Shown piece by piece: positions 46,477 through 56,064 of a DNA stretch of 64,000 nucleotides (positions are counted from its first letter, which is position 1; every line of letters starts with the position of its first letter). The position numbers and the translations under genes are program-made. The stretch is from a virus. Below the pieces are notes generated by a model. The model was not told the DNA's origin, did no database searches, and saw only the letters and a program-made list of their open reading frames with translations. Location of the stretch: positions 3,981-67,980 of the IMG/VR virus record IMGVR_UViG_3300009314_000009; one strand, 5' to 3'.

Positions 46477-48674
46477 CAGTCAAACTCCCTTATAAGATCA
46501 CGAAGTTGTTCTGCGGTTCCTTCAGCAATTTCAGTACTTATTTCCAGTGGCGGGGTATCTGCTGGAGCTCCATCTAAATTAACTTCAGCTTTGATTTCTC
46601 CTATTTGTATGATAGGAGCTGGTTTGGGTCCTCCAAAAGGATTAACCCCGGGCAATGAACCTCCTGGTATAGCTGGTAAAGGTTGTCTAGCTTGTTCAAC
46701 AAGTTTGTCATAATCAATCCTTTTTAAAGCTTCAGGCATTTTATCCAGTATCTCAGGTATTGGGGCTAAAGTGTCTTGGACCGCAGTTTTAAGAGTATCA
46801 GCCATTTTAAAAATTGGATCTAAACTACCTCCTCCAAAACCTCCAGCTGTAAGCCCACCGCCTCCAGGTAGTTGTCGTGAGAGTTTTCGAACATCTATTT
46901 TTTCGGGTTCTGCTTTTGGTAAAAAGCCCCTTATTAAACGTACAATTATGCTTTTATTAGCCATTTCATCAAGTTTTTTGCTTAAGGCTTCAGTGGCTTT
47001 CGGGAGATCGAACCAGAAAACATTGAGCAATATATCAATTACACCCAATAGAGGGTCTAAGTCTCTGAGTATCCCAGAAGCCCATTTGTCAAAAGACTCG
47101 GCCAACATTTCAAATTTATCTAACCATCCTGTCATAGGACCTTTGTCCACGTCTGAGGCTGCATCGAATAATCTACCAATACCATTAAGCACCCTTTCTA
47201 TAATAGTTGTAAAAGGATTCAAAAAGATGCCGGCTATTTTAACTAATTTGCTGCCAGTGTTAGCCACTATTTTTAAAGCCCCTCCCACAACAGAAGACAT
47301 AATCCTAATACCTTTTGTTATTATCGATACCATGAATCCGAGTGGGCTTAATAACACACCTAAACCTTTTACTAAAGGAGGCAAAACATTTACCGCAGTA
47401 GCTACTATATCAGTCAAAATATTACCAAGCCCAGAATCTTTAACAAAGCTTACCATTGCTGTTTCCATCTTGGAAGCAAAAAGAGCCATTCGACCAGATA
47501 AACCTTGAAAAGCAACATCTGCAGCTTGTTCAGCTACACCACTGCTTTCTCTAATATTTTTTAAATTTTCATCCAATTCGCTCGACATTTGTACTAAAGC
47601 CAAAAGAGCTCTTTTACCCCGGGAAGCTTGGGCAAAACCGTCTTGAGTGAAAGCAAACATGTCCTCTTTAGACAATTCGGATAAAGTTTTAACTAAACCT
47701 TCAAAATCTGTAAATTCCCCTGTAGCTGTGTTCATAAAACGTTCTAAATCAATATTGATATCTTTTAAAGCTTTTTTAAATTTAGTGCGTTTGGATTCTG
47801 CTAAAAGATTACGGAATAAAGTTCCACCTAATTCCCTTTTTAGCCCAGCTTTTGCTAGTATACCTAGTGAGGCAGCCACTTGTGCAATATCCAATCCACT
47901 TTGTTTTGCTTCGGTACCTACTGTAGCAAAACCACTACCCATACCTGCAACAGTTTGTGTCGTCAATGTAGCACTTTTAACAAGTACATCATTAATATGC
48001 GTTAAATCTTTAACAGCTAAACCTTGAGCACTCATTATATCAGTAGCAATATCAGCTGCCCTCCCAAGGTCCATATTAGCAGCTGCGGCAAGTTGTAGTG
48101 TGCCCGGGAGAGCTCCAATCACTTCGTCAACTTCTAAACCAGCTTGGGCCAGGAATTTTTCAGCTTCAGCTGCTTGTGAAATGGTAAAAATACTGGCTTC
48201 ACCGGCCTTGAGGGCAGCTTCTTCCAATTTTTCCATATTATCAGACGTGGCTAATGTAACCCGCTGTACACTTTTCATACCTTTTTCAAATTCAAGGTAT
48301 TTTTGAACGGCAGTGGTTAAAGCTTGAACAGCTTTAACCACTCCATAAATAGCAACACCCGCTGCTATTGCTGTAGGTGTTATTCCTCCCAAAAATTGAC
48401 CAATAATAGGTATTTGTTGCGCCATGGAGCGTAACGGCCCCAAAATATTGCCAAATGAAGTTTCCATTCGGGTATTGAAAGCATTCATTTTATCGGTTAC
48501 ACGTCCCAAACCAGTTCCAATTTTTTCCTTGGTTTTTTGCGCGAATTTACGATATTTGGCGTCAAGTTTTTCAAGGGCTTGTTTGCCTTTGTTTATTTTC
48601 TTGTTCCATTTATCTAATTTGGCTTCATCAACCTGAATCCCAAATTTTGTTAGTAGTTCGCGAATTACTGGCAT
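46476..48674 (-). CDS. Tape measure protein (TP901-type core)
   Basis: FEKGMKSV...LAQAGL...LPGTLQLAAA...AADIATD. Confidence 0.92.
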   Translation of the reverse strand: MPVIRELLTKFGIQVDEAKLDKWNKKINKGKQALEKLDAKYRKFAQKTKEKIGTGLGRVTDKMNAFNTRMETSFGNILGPLRSMAQQIPIIGQFLGGITPTAIAAGVAIYGVVKAVQALTTAVQKYLEFEKGMKSVQRVTLATSDNMEKLEEAALKAGEASIFTISQAAEAEKFLAQAGLEVDEVIGALPGTLQLAAAANMDLGRAADIATDIMSAQGLAVKDLTHINDVLVKSATLTTQTVAGMGSGFATVGTEAKQSGLDIAQVAASLGILAKAGLKRELGGTLFRNLLAESKRTKFKKALKDINIDLERFMNTATGEFTDFEGLVKTLSELSKEDMFAFTQDGFAQASRGKRALLALVQMSSELDENLKNIRESSGVAEQAADVAFQGLSGRMALFASKMETAMVSFVKDSGLGNILTDIVATAVNVLPPLVKGLGVLLSPLGFMVSIITKGIRIMSSVVGGALKIVANTGSKLVKIAGIFLNPFTTIIERVLNGIGRLFDAASDVDKGPMTGWLDKFEMLAESFDKWASGILRDLDPLLGVIDILLNVFWFDLPKATEALSKKLDEMANKSIIVRLIRGFLPKAEPEKIDVRKLSRQLPGGGGLTAGGFGGGSLDPIFKMADTLKTAVQDTLAPIPEILDKMPEALKRIDYDKLVEQARQPLPAIPGGSLPGVNPFGGPKPAPIIQIGEIKAEVNLDGAPADTPPLEISTEIAEGTAEQLRDLIREFD

Positions 48675-48980
48675 TTATCTACCTTGTATTGCTGCGTTTA
48701 TAGTTTCTCTCAGTTTTCTTTCATCTTCCTTGAAAGCTTTTTTACCTTCATCGGCTAATTTGACGGCTTCATCCATATCCAACAAGGAATTTATTTTGAG
48801 TAATTCTGGAAAGGTTATTGTGTTGTAATCTGCCAGGGTGACTTTGCCAGCTTTATAAGCTCTCCAGAATGGCCACTCAATTTTCATTTCCTCATTTAAT
48901 TCGCCAATATCACCTAATTCCTCTAATCTTCGTTTTCTGTCGTCGATTCCTCGCTCAATGTATTTATTGTCTGAAGCCAT
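48675..48980 (-). CDS. Tail assembly chaperone, downstream (GT-type) frame
   Basis: In the -1 frame of the upstream chaperone; slippery CCCTTTC at 49016-49010. Confidence 0.6.
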   Translation of the reverse strand: MASDNKYIERGIDDRKRRLEELGDIGELNEEMKIEWPFWRAYKAGKVTLADYNTITFPELLKINSLLDMDEAVKLADEGKKAFKEDERKLRETINAAIQGR

Positions 48981-49489
48981 TGACCAAAATCGCCTGTCAC
49001 CCGTCTCAAGAAAGGGAAACGATTAAAACGCATAACCTCCAACATAAGCACAAAGATAGCATCAGGCATAATACCTGAAAAAGCCTGATCATAAGTATCG
49101 GCATCAACCACTTTAACTGGGGCTGATTTAGGTTGCATTACATCCATACCTTTAAACATTACCAATACCAAATCTACAAATTCTTCTACAGACATTGATT
49201 TTGATAAATCCTGTAAAGATTCTGTGAGAGCTTTAATAAAAGGTTGAACTTCAGAAATATCTAAAGTCAATAAAGATTTTAGATCAAATTTTTCACCAGT
49301 AACCCACATACCTTTTTCTTTAAGCATTTGTATAATTGTAAACCCTATTTGAACAGGTCCATTTAATACAGAGGATGCTGGTGAAGTTAATTTCCAAGCA
49401 CAACGTAAAACATCTGTGCCTTTCATAGGAAAGAATTGGAAGGTTGTCCCCTCCAATTCTACCGAATGAACTTTATCATCTAATGCCAT
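48923..49489 (-). CDS. Tail assembly chaperone
   Basis: Position between tube and tape measure genes. Confidence 0.7.
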   Translation of the reverse strand: MALDDKVHSVELEGTTFQFFPMKGTDVLRCAWKLTSPASSVLNGPVQIGFTIIQMLKEKGMWVTGEKFDLKSLLTLDISEVQPFIKALTESLQDLSKSMSVEEFVDLVLVMFKGMDVMQPKSAPVKVVDADTYDQAFSGIMPDAIFVLMLEVMRFNRFPFLRRVTGDFGQWLQTINTLSEESTTENED

Positions 49490-49511
49490 AATTCCCTACC
49501 TTTATTTATTT

Positions 49512-49946
49512 TTACAGCACTGTACCACCTAAAAAGGTTGCAGCTGGTCCGGTGTCAAACACCCAAACATTTGCATCTGCTTCTCTTTTTAAACTAGCAT
49601 CAGCCATTTTAATTATCCAAGCATGAAGACAAGTAACCAATGAAAGCCCATTAAGGTCTTTGGAAAGCCATGGAAGCTTATTTACATTGGTTAGAGCATC
49701 TACATTATGAAGCCCGGACAAAATGTCATTCAACGGATTGGTTTTAAGAAGATTTACTGTAATCAATTTGTGATGATTATTTAGATTGGCTCTTTCCCGT
49801 GTACCGTCCACACCGGTTTTAGAACCAAACATATCATCTGGGCTCACAATTGAAATACCTTCTTCATCAACTCCTGTAAAAGTTATACCACCCCAGGTGT
49901 GTACCCAACTTTTAAAATCGTATGTATTTACTACTGGATTAATCAT
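49512..49946 (-). CDS. Tail tube protein (DUF3277-like)
   Basis: TYD, GVDG, ITVNLLKTNPLNDILS, KDLNG, WVF. Confidence 0.82.
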   Translation of the reverse strand: MINPVVNTYDFKSWVHTWGGITFTGVDEEGISIVSPDDMFGSKTGVDGTRERANLNNHHKLITVNLLKTNPLNDILSGLHNVDALTNVNKLPWLSKDLNGLSLVTCLHAWIIKMADASLKREADANVWVFDTGPAATFLGGTVL

Positions 49947-49958
49947 TTTTCATACTCC

Positions 49959-51458
49959 TTATGCGTATGTTACACCCTGGATAACCCATTCTTCAAAAGC
50001 TCCTTGAAGTCGGGCACTCCATTCTATTTTATCCAATTTACGGGCAGCGCGGTTAGTTTCGCTAATTTCAGTAATATCTGGAATTGTTATTGAAATAGTA
50101 TCACTATCAATGAACCATACAGAGGCTTCACTCAATGCGGCACGTAATTCGTTTTCACTTGTAGCTATACCAGGATTGTTTGCTGGCACTTTGCGTTCAC
50201 CGGCACTACTTCTGGTTGCCAAGCCCCATAACTTGGTTTGAATAAGATCATTTAACCAATCGGTACCCCGTACAACATCAAGAGGGGTTCCATCAGTCAT
50301 ACGACCTTTGTACAACACATTTATGCCTTTAATGCGTGTGTAAATGTTACCGCTTCTTGGAGTAGCTCCTTGGGGATCAAAAACAAAATCCAAAATGGTT
50401 TCATTTGCTTCAATCGGGGTGACTCCGGTAATAGTTTTATATGCGAAAGTCTGGGAAGCAGGTTGAAAAGGAAATCCTTCAGCCAGAGCTCCTACAGCAA
50501 ACCATTCACATGCAGCAGGAGTAATATGCTGGGCATCTTGTTCCTGTGGGTTATACATAATTATGGTACGTTTAAGTGCCAGATTACCAAAGTAAGTGAA
50601 TAGATCATCAGTACCTGGGGTACTACCTGCGTCATAACCTAATACCACTGTACCGGCTGCTAAATTGAATAAAGTAGCCACTGTAATATCAGTACCACCT
50701 CCAGAAGGAGCTGTGATTGTAATTGAGCTGGTTGAATCTACGGTATCTGAAGCAATTTTTAACCGAGTACCTACCACTGTACAAGTTGCTCCGGTAAGAG
50801 CAGTATCAATCACTGTAGCCACTTCAGACAAAGTAGTTACTGGTGTACTAAAATCAAGTGCGGTGATTTGAACAGCAGCAGCTCCATCAATACTTATACC
50901 AAAAGCTCCATCAGAAACGGCTGCCCAAGCAGCAATAGTTCCTGCGGTTCCCCCAATAGTATAACCAGCTGAAGCAACACGGGTATAATTAATACAACCT
51001 TCATCCGCAGTTGCGTGAGCAAAAATACGGCTTTTGGTTTCTACCCATCCAGCAATAGCTTGTAAATTTGTTTTTCTTGTAGATGTGGTCCAATCTGATT
51101 CTTCTACAATTGTTAAACCATACCAACCCGAATATTCATCATGAATAGCGGTAAGGGCTTCAGGCCATCCGGCATCCCCTGAATCTTTTCTTCCTAAAAC
51201 AAATTGTCCAGGGTTTGGATTCTGAGCAAAAAGACGTTTAGCAGCAGCATAAACATCACTGTCAGATCCCCATCCATCAGTTACCACTGCGTCAAGACTG
51301 GCATATGAACGGTGTCTGGATTCATTGTTAAGGAATGGTACTGTGGTGTCAAACTCGTCAAATTCTTTGACAAGCATAACGATCCCAAAACCTGCAGCAG
51401 CAGGAAAAGTCAAATCACCTGTGATGGTGCTCTGAATTATTTTGTCGATCATTGCCAT
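49959..51458 (-). CDS. Tail sheath protein (DUF3383-like)
   Basis: YAAAKRLFAQNPNP, TFAYKTITGV, DVVRGTDWL. Confidence 0.9.
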   Translation of the reverse strand: MAMIDKIIQSTITGDLTFPAAAGFGIVMLVKEFDEFDTTVPFLNNESRHRSYASLDAVVTDGWGSDSDVYAAAKRLFAQNPNPGQFVLGRKDSGDAGWPEALTAIHDEYSGWYGLTIVEESDWTTSTRKTNLQAIAGWVETKSRIFAHATADEGCINYTRVASAGYTIGGTAGTIAAWAAVSDGAFGISIDGAAAVQITALDFSTPVTTLSEVATVIDTALTGATCTVVGTRLKIASDTVDSTSSITITAPSGGGTDITVATLFNLAAGTVVLGYDAGSTPGTDDLFTYFGNLALKRTIIMYNPQEQDAQHITPAACEWFAVGALAEGFPFQPASQTFAYKTITGVTPIEANETILDFVFDPQGATPRSGNIYTRIKGINVLYKGRMTDGTPLDVVRGTDWLNDLIQTKLWGLATRSSAGERKVPANNPGIATSENELRAALSEASVWFIDSDTISITIPDITEISETNRAARKLDKIEWSARLQGAFEEWVIQGVTYA

Positions 51459-51472
51459 GTTTCATTCTCCTG

Positions 51473-52075
51473 TTATTGTTGTTCTGTGTCAAAAGTGCCT
51501 GAAATTATAGTAGCAACGGAAGCGTTCTGAATACCAAAACTGCCAGAAATGCTTGCTATAAAATCTTGTTGGAAGGTTATACCATCCATAACACCTAAAT
51601 TAACCGTCATCATGCTTTCTTCGTAATAGGTGTTGTCTACTTTGAAAGGTACCGACATGATACCACCTTCAAAACCTCTCAAAGCCATACTTTTACTTTT
51701 GAACAAACTTTTAACAGCATGATGTGTCCAAGTTTTTTTAAGTATAGCCAATAATTTACCATCTCCATTTACTTCCCTGATCTCAACTAAAGCCTTATTA
51801 TCAGTAATATGAGTATCATTGCTATAAGTTGACTCAGTTTCCGGCTTATCGAAATCATAATCAGTATCAACCCCCAATTCAATAGAATCAAGGCCGTTTT
51901 GCTTTTGTTCTGTAGGAGCGTAACCAATTACAATATGTTTATTTTCATTGGTTCCTTCAGAAGTATGACTTCTTTCAATTTTTATATCAAGAGAAGCTGG
52001 TAAAATGGTATCTGTGTTCAAAACAAGATCCACCCAATCATGTAAAACATTTTTAATTTCTTCTATACTGGTCAT
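51473..52075 (-). CDS. Tail terminator/neck protein
   Basis: Position directly before the sheath gene. Confidence 0.6.
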   Translation of the reverse strand: MTSIEEIKNVLHDWVDLVLNTDTILPASLDIKIERSHTSEGTNENKHIVIGYAPTEQKQNGLDSIELGVDTDYDFDKPETESTYSNDTHITDNKALVEIREVNGDGKLLAILKKTWTHHAVKSLFKSKSMALRGFEGGIMSVPFKVDNTYYEESMMTVNLGVMDGITFQQDFIASISGSFGIQNASVATIISGTFDTEQQ

Positions 52076-52428
52076 AAACCCACCGCTTTATTTGTTCTAG
52101 GGCTGGCCAGATATTTGTAATGGTGTAAAGCTTTAAAAGGACCTTTAGCAGTATTTGGTAATTTCACTAAACATTCGTACCAATCATCCTCAAATAGTAC
52201 ATAAGTGCTTGTTACTTCTGATTTTTTAGTGTTCAGTGGAATATTACTATAAACTTTTACAGTTCCCGCACCCCAGTTGCCTTCCGGAGCCAAGGCCAGG
52301 TCCTTACCTGTGGCCGGTTGTACATCACCTTTAAAAGTGGTTTGTACCCAATTTTTAGTGGTATCCAGTTTCACTTTGGTCACTGTATAATCTCTGCGCT
52401 GGTATGTTTCTTTATATAACAAAGCCAT
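52072..52428 (-). CDS. Head closure protein
   Basis: VQPATGKDLALAPEG, KVYS, HYKY. Confidence 0.75.
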   Translation of the reverse strand: MALLYKETYQRRDYTVTKVKLDTTKNWVQTTFKGDVQPATGKDLALAPEGNWGAGTVKVYSNIPLNTKKSEVTSTYVLFEDDWYECLVKLPNTAKGPFKALHHYKYLASPRTNKAVGL

Positions 52429-52901
52429 TAGCGCAACCTCTTCCAAGTAATAGCCCCACGCAAATTACCAGTGTCTACAAGTGGGATAGAATTTGGTGTT
52501 ACTTTTTTACCACTGGGGCGTTTTTTGTAATTTGCACTTAATTTCTTGAATTTGAATTTAGTGAAAGCTTCTTTCAGAGCTCCTTCATAAAAGTTCCCTA
52601 AAAGAGCCATAGCAACTTCGGGGCGCATCCCGCCCATCATAACTTCTGCGGAAAGTTTAACAATTAATTTACGCATTTTAGCTTCGTTGGCGCGAAAAGT
52701 TCTGCCATGAACAGGTCGCGCTGGTATATTCATTTTTTTACTACCAAGCTCATGAGTGGCCATTAATTCAGCTAAATCAATTTCACCATCTTCAGTTTTT
52801 CCAGAATCTGAAAAATGACCAATACCAATAACAACAGTATCAAGCTTTTTAATATTGTTCATTATTTTGTTATAAAGCTTTTTTTTATCTCTTACACTCA
52901 T
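52428..52901 (-). CDS. Neck/tail completion protein
   Basis: HELG...IPARP...PLVDTGNLRGAIT. Confidence 0.8.
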   Translation of the reverse strand: MSVRDKKKLYNKIMNNIKKLDTVVIGIGHFSDSGKTEDGEIDLAELMATHELGSKKMNIPARPVHGRTFRANEAKMRKLIVKLSAEVMMGGMRPEVAMALLGNFYEGALKEAFTKFKFKKLSANYKKRPSGKKVTPNSIPLVDTGNLRGAITWKRLR

Positions 52902-53569
52902 AAAGACATACTCCCAGTACTCATCATACCAAAATTGGAGGTGCTTTTGAGCGATATCAAAGACACACCATAACGGGTTCTTGATAAATCGGCTTTTACT
53001 TCAGACCATTTATTATTTATGTCTGAAGTGGCTCCATAAGTGATAGCCAGATCACCTTGTTTCACAGCTTTTACAGAACCGTTACCGACACTCGCGGTGT
53101 CATTTATATCTTCTGTAACCTGGGCATCTAAAGTCATTAAATGAGCAGTTCTAAGGGCCAGAGCATAATCATAATTACCTCTGAACCAAACAGAACTGAT
53201 TAAAGTTTTAGCAAGAGCCAAAAAGGCATCCCGCAAAAAGGTATCTACTTCACCAATTGTCACAACAGCTTGCGAAGCACCACCAGTTACAGTGGCGCTT
53301 AGTAAGATTTCAAGACGTACGGTGGTTACAGTTATCACCAATCCAGAACGCTCCGCAGATCCAACATAAGGGAGCGCAATTAGATTAGTAACAAGTTGAT
53401 CCAAAGTGTCATCGGAGCTTCCAGAATAAGTGGCAGCAGCAGTTTGCCCGTTTACTGTAACTGAAATAACATTACCTGTTATTAAAGCAGTATCTAAACT
53501 GAGCCAGTTGGTTCTTACGTTAAACTGTGGCGCAATTAATTGTAAACGTTCAGTTGCTGTAGCCATCAT
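52898..53569 (-). CDS. Head-tail adaptor (DUF4054-like) with inserted domain
   Basis: ALRTAHLMTL, GDLAITY, TRYG. Confidence 0.75.
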   Translation of the reverse strand: MMATATERLQLIAPQFNVRTNWLSLDTALITGNVISVTVNGQTAAATYSGSSDDTLDQLVTNLIALPYVGSAERSGLVITVTTVRLEILLSATVTGGASQAVVTIGEVDTFLRDAFLALAKTLISSVWFRGNYDYALALRTAHLMTLDAQVTEDINDTASVGNGSVKAVKQGDLAITYGATSDINNKWSEVKADLSRTRYGVSLISLKSTSNFGMMSTGSMSL

Positions 53570-53576
53570 TTATCCT

Positions 53577-54206
53577 TTAGTCATCCAAATCGCTTTTGGG
53601 ACCTTTGTAATCATTAATAGCTTTTTCCTGTTCAAATACCAAAGCTTTGTAAGAATCTTTTTTGAGATTCTTTTTCCAGCTTTTAAGAGTATCAGGGTTG
53701 AAGGTATCTTTAATGATTTCTTCAACCTGTTCGGCATCCAATGATTCCAATTTCTTAATAGAAATTTTCACATTGGGTCTGCCTCCCATACTCTTCATAT
53801 AAGCAGCATATGCTTTTAATCTGACATCTTCATCAGAAGCCTTTACGCGGAATACACGCAAATTACCGGCAACTTTTTGAACATCTTCAGAAAGAGTAAC
53901 TAAATAATGACCACCTGCTTCAGGTTTTATACCTAATTCCCCGGGAGCAATAGCATCGCAAAATTCATCCAAAGACAAATATTTAGAAAGCTCCTGAGTT
54001 GTGGGCTCTTTTATTTCTTTCACGTTCACTTCTTCCAGCACTCGTTTTCGTATGTAATACTGAACAACTGCTAGTTTCCGCAAACTTTCCCAAACTTCAA
54101 CTGGGAGCTCGTTATGTCCCGCATAAAGTTTGTACTCTTTCTTTTTATGGGAAAGGCCAATCAGGCCGTTCCCTTTTTTTCTGTTTATGATTATTATATT
54201 ATCCAT
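53577..54206 (-). CDS. Hypothetical protein after major capsid gene
   Basis: ORF track. Confidence 0.65.
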   Translation of the reverse strand: MDNIIIINRKKGNGLIGLSHKKKEYKLYAGHNELPVEVWESLRKLAVVQYYIRKRVLEEVNVKEIKEPTTQELSKYLSLDEFCDAIAPGELGIKPEAGGHYLVTLSEDVQKVAGNLRVFRVKASDEDVRLKAYAAYMKSMGGRPNVKISIKKLESLDAEQVEEIIKDTFNPDTLKSWKKNLKKDSYKALVFEQEKAINDYKGPKSDLDD

Positions 54207-54251
54207 TTTAATGCCATCCTTTCTGTTAAATCCCTACCTCTTTAACAAATG

Positions 54252-55274
54252 TTAAATGCCTGAAGCTTTAACAACTGATTGAGGATAATAAACAACTACA
54301 CCACCAGTACGTGAAATTTGAGTTACAACGTACTCCATGTTTTTGTATTCCTGAGGCATGGTCATCATAGGTACAGGACGATATTGAGCCACATTACGTG
54401 AATTTTTCACATAACCCATCATCATGTCTGCACCACCGGTTCCAGCTTCTTTAAGCTCATCCAGCCAATCAATAGATACTTCTGGGTGAGTTTTCTTAAA
54501 GAATTCAAGAACAGTAACATCAGAAGCTGTACTGTTTTGTTTCTCAGAAATCAATTCAAACTGGTCAATAGGCATAAGAACTTGGTTAACAACTCTTTTG
54601 CCTCTGGTAGTGGTTTTGACCAAACGTACCAGGCTATTGAGATCCAAAAGGATTTCAGCTGAAGTTTTGGTACTGAATTCAGTAGCAGCAGCAGCTCCAT
54701 TTGGGACAATATATTCAAGAATACCAGGATAATCGAAAAAGCCCTGAAGGTTGTCTTCAGCAGAACCAAACCAAGCAGCCCGGTCCAAACGTTGAGCAAT
54801 TGCTTCAGTAGCAGTTTCAGCGCGTTTGCTCTGTAGATTGAAGTTTGCTCTTTGAGCTCTTGCGATCTCAAAAATATTATAACCATAAGCAGCTGCCACA
54901 GTTTTAATATTCACGGTAACTTCTTCACCCAGAACGTCAACACGTGGTATATCAGTTGCGAAATCTGAAATTATTTTCGCATAACCACGTTTGCTGAATT
55001 TACGATAAGTGATTGTTTCAACACCAAGGTCTCCCTCAGTATCTACAGGCAAAAACTTATCAGCTTTCAACTCATGATATTCATAATCAAAAGTTTCGGA
55101 TTTTATAAGCTCCAATTGGCGCTTAAAGAACACTTGCCCCTGGCTATCAAGAACCAGGTTTTGTGTACTTTCATCTTGTCGGATCACTCCCTCAAAAGCA
55201 GCAGCATCAAAGTTGAGATTTACTTTCATGTTACTCAGATATTCGGGAACTGCATCCAGTTTCATTCCTTTCAT
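54252..55274 (-). CDS. Major capsid protein (DUF2184 family)
   Basis: DIPRVD, AYGYNIFEI, GFFDYP, RTGGVVVYYP; AGGAGG RBS before the ATG at 55274. Confidence 0.92.
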   Translation of the reverse strand: MKGMKLDAVPEYLSNMKVNLNFDAAAFEGVIRQDESTQNLVLDSQGQVFFKRQLELIKSETFDYEYHELKADKFLPVDTEGDLGVETITYRKFSKRGYAKIISDFATDIPRVDVLGEEVTVNIKTVAAAYGYNIFEIARAQRANFNLQSKRAETATEAIAQRLDRAAWFGSAEDNLQGFFDYPGILEYIVPNGAAAATEFSTKTSAEILLDLNSLVRLVKTTTRGKRVVNQVLMPIDQFELISEKQNSTASDVTVLEFFKKTHPEVSIDWLDELKEAGTGGADMMMGYVKNSRNVAQYRPVPMMTMPQEYKNMEYVVTQISRTGGVVVYYPQSVVKASGI

Positions 55275-55287
55275 TTTCAATCCCTCC

Positions 55288-56064
55288 TTAAGCGATTGGT
55301 GTTGCGCCACCCTGGAGGTGAACTACAAACAAAGTTGATGAATCAGGCACAGACTCTTTAAATACAGCCTGTATTGCTACTGCGTTACTTGATGTGTCAT
55401 TACTGGTAAATTTACCAACTCCAACAACACTCACAAGAACCTTACAAATAGTATTGGCATCTGGTGCTGTATCGTCAGTTTCTATTACTATATCACCCAG
55501 ACTCATAAGAGAAGCAACTTCAGCAGGAGCGTAAGAAGCATCATCATAAGTAGGTGATTGTGTTTCTTTTTGGAGGCCAATAGCTGGCCCAACCATAATA
55601 AGATCACCAGAAACGGCTGCTGTACCGGGAGTAATAGTTGCTTGTGAAGCACCTAAAGTAATAACACCTGTAGCAGTAATAGCAGCTGCTTTAGTTGTTA
55701 TGGTTAGAACCAGTGTTGCAACACTTGCTGAATAAATAGCATCAGCAGCATTCAGCTGATCCACCAAATTATCCAAAGTAGTTGGAGAATCAGTGTCCCA
55801 GGTTTCAGCATACGCTACACCATTAATGGTCAAAGTAATTACATTATCTTCAACCAGCACCCCATCCAAAGTAAGGGTATTAGTATCAGCCACAGGCAAA
55901 AGCACATTGTGATCATCGCCTTTATAGGCAAAAGCCATTCGGCCAAATGGTATATCATTAACACCAATCACCGTTCTGCTTATATTCTCTTTGGGACCGT
56001 TACCAAAAGGCATACCAGCTCTGGCTGCCTCAATATAGCCCCATTCACCGCGTGGAATAGCCAT
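55288..56064 (-). CDS. Capsid decoration/cement protein with inserted domain
   Basis: AGMP, IPFGR, Y...ASLMSLGDIV; position between protease and MCP. Confidence 0.7.
   Translation of the reverse strand: MAIPRGEWGYIEAARAGMPFGNGPKENISRTVIGVNDIPFGRMAFAYKGDDHNVLLPVADTNTLTLDGVLVEDNVITLTINGVAYAETWDTDSPTTLDNLVDQLNAADAIYSASVATLVLTITTKAAAITATGVITLGASQATITPGTAAVSGDLIMVGPAIGLQKETQSPTYDDASYAPAEVASLMSLGDIVIETDDTAPDANTICKVLVSVVGVGKFTSNDTSSNAVAIQAVFKESVPDSSTLFVVHLQGGATPIA

Noticed and set aside
46771-48636. Long antisense ORFs (e.g. 46771-47508) and similar shadow ORFs across the window
   Set aside because: They lie opposite well-supported genes, lack RBS and motifs, and are explained by codon bias
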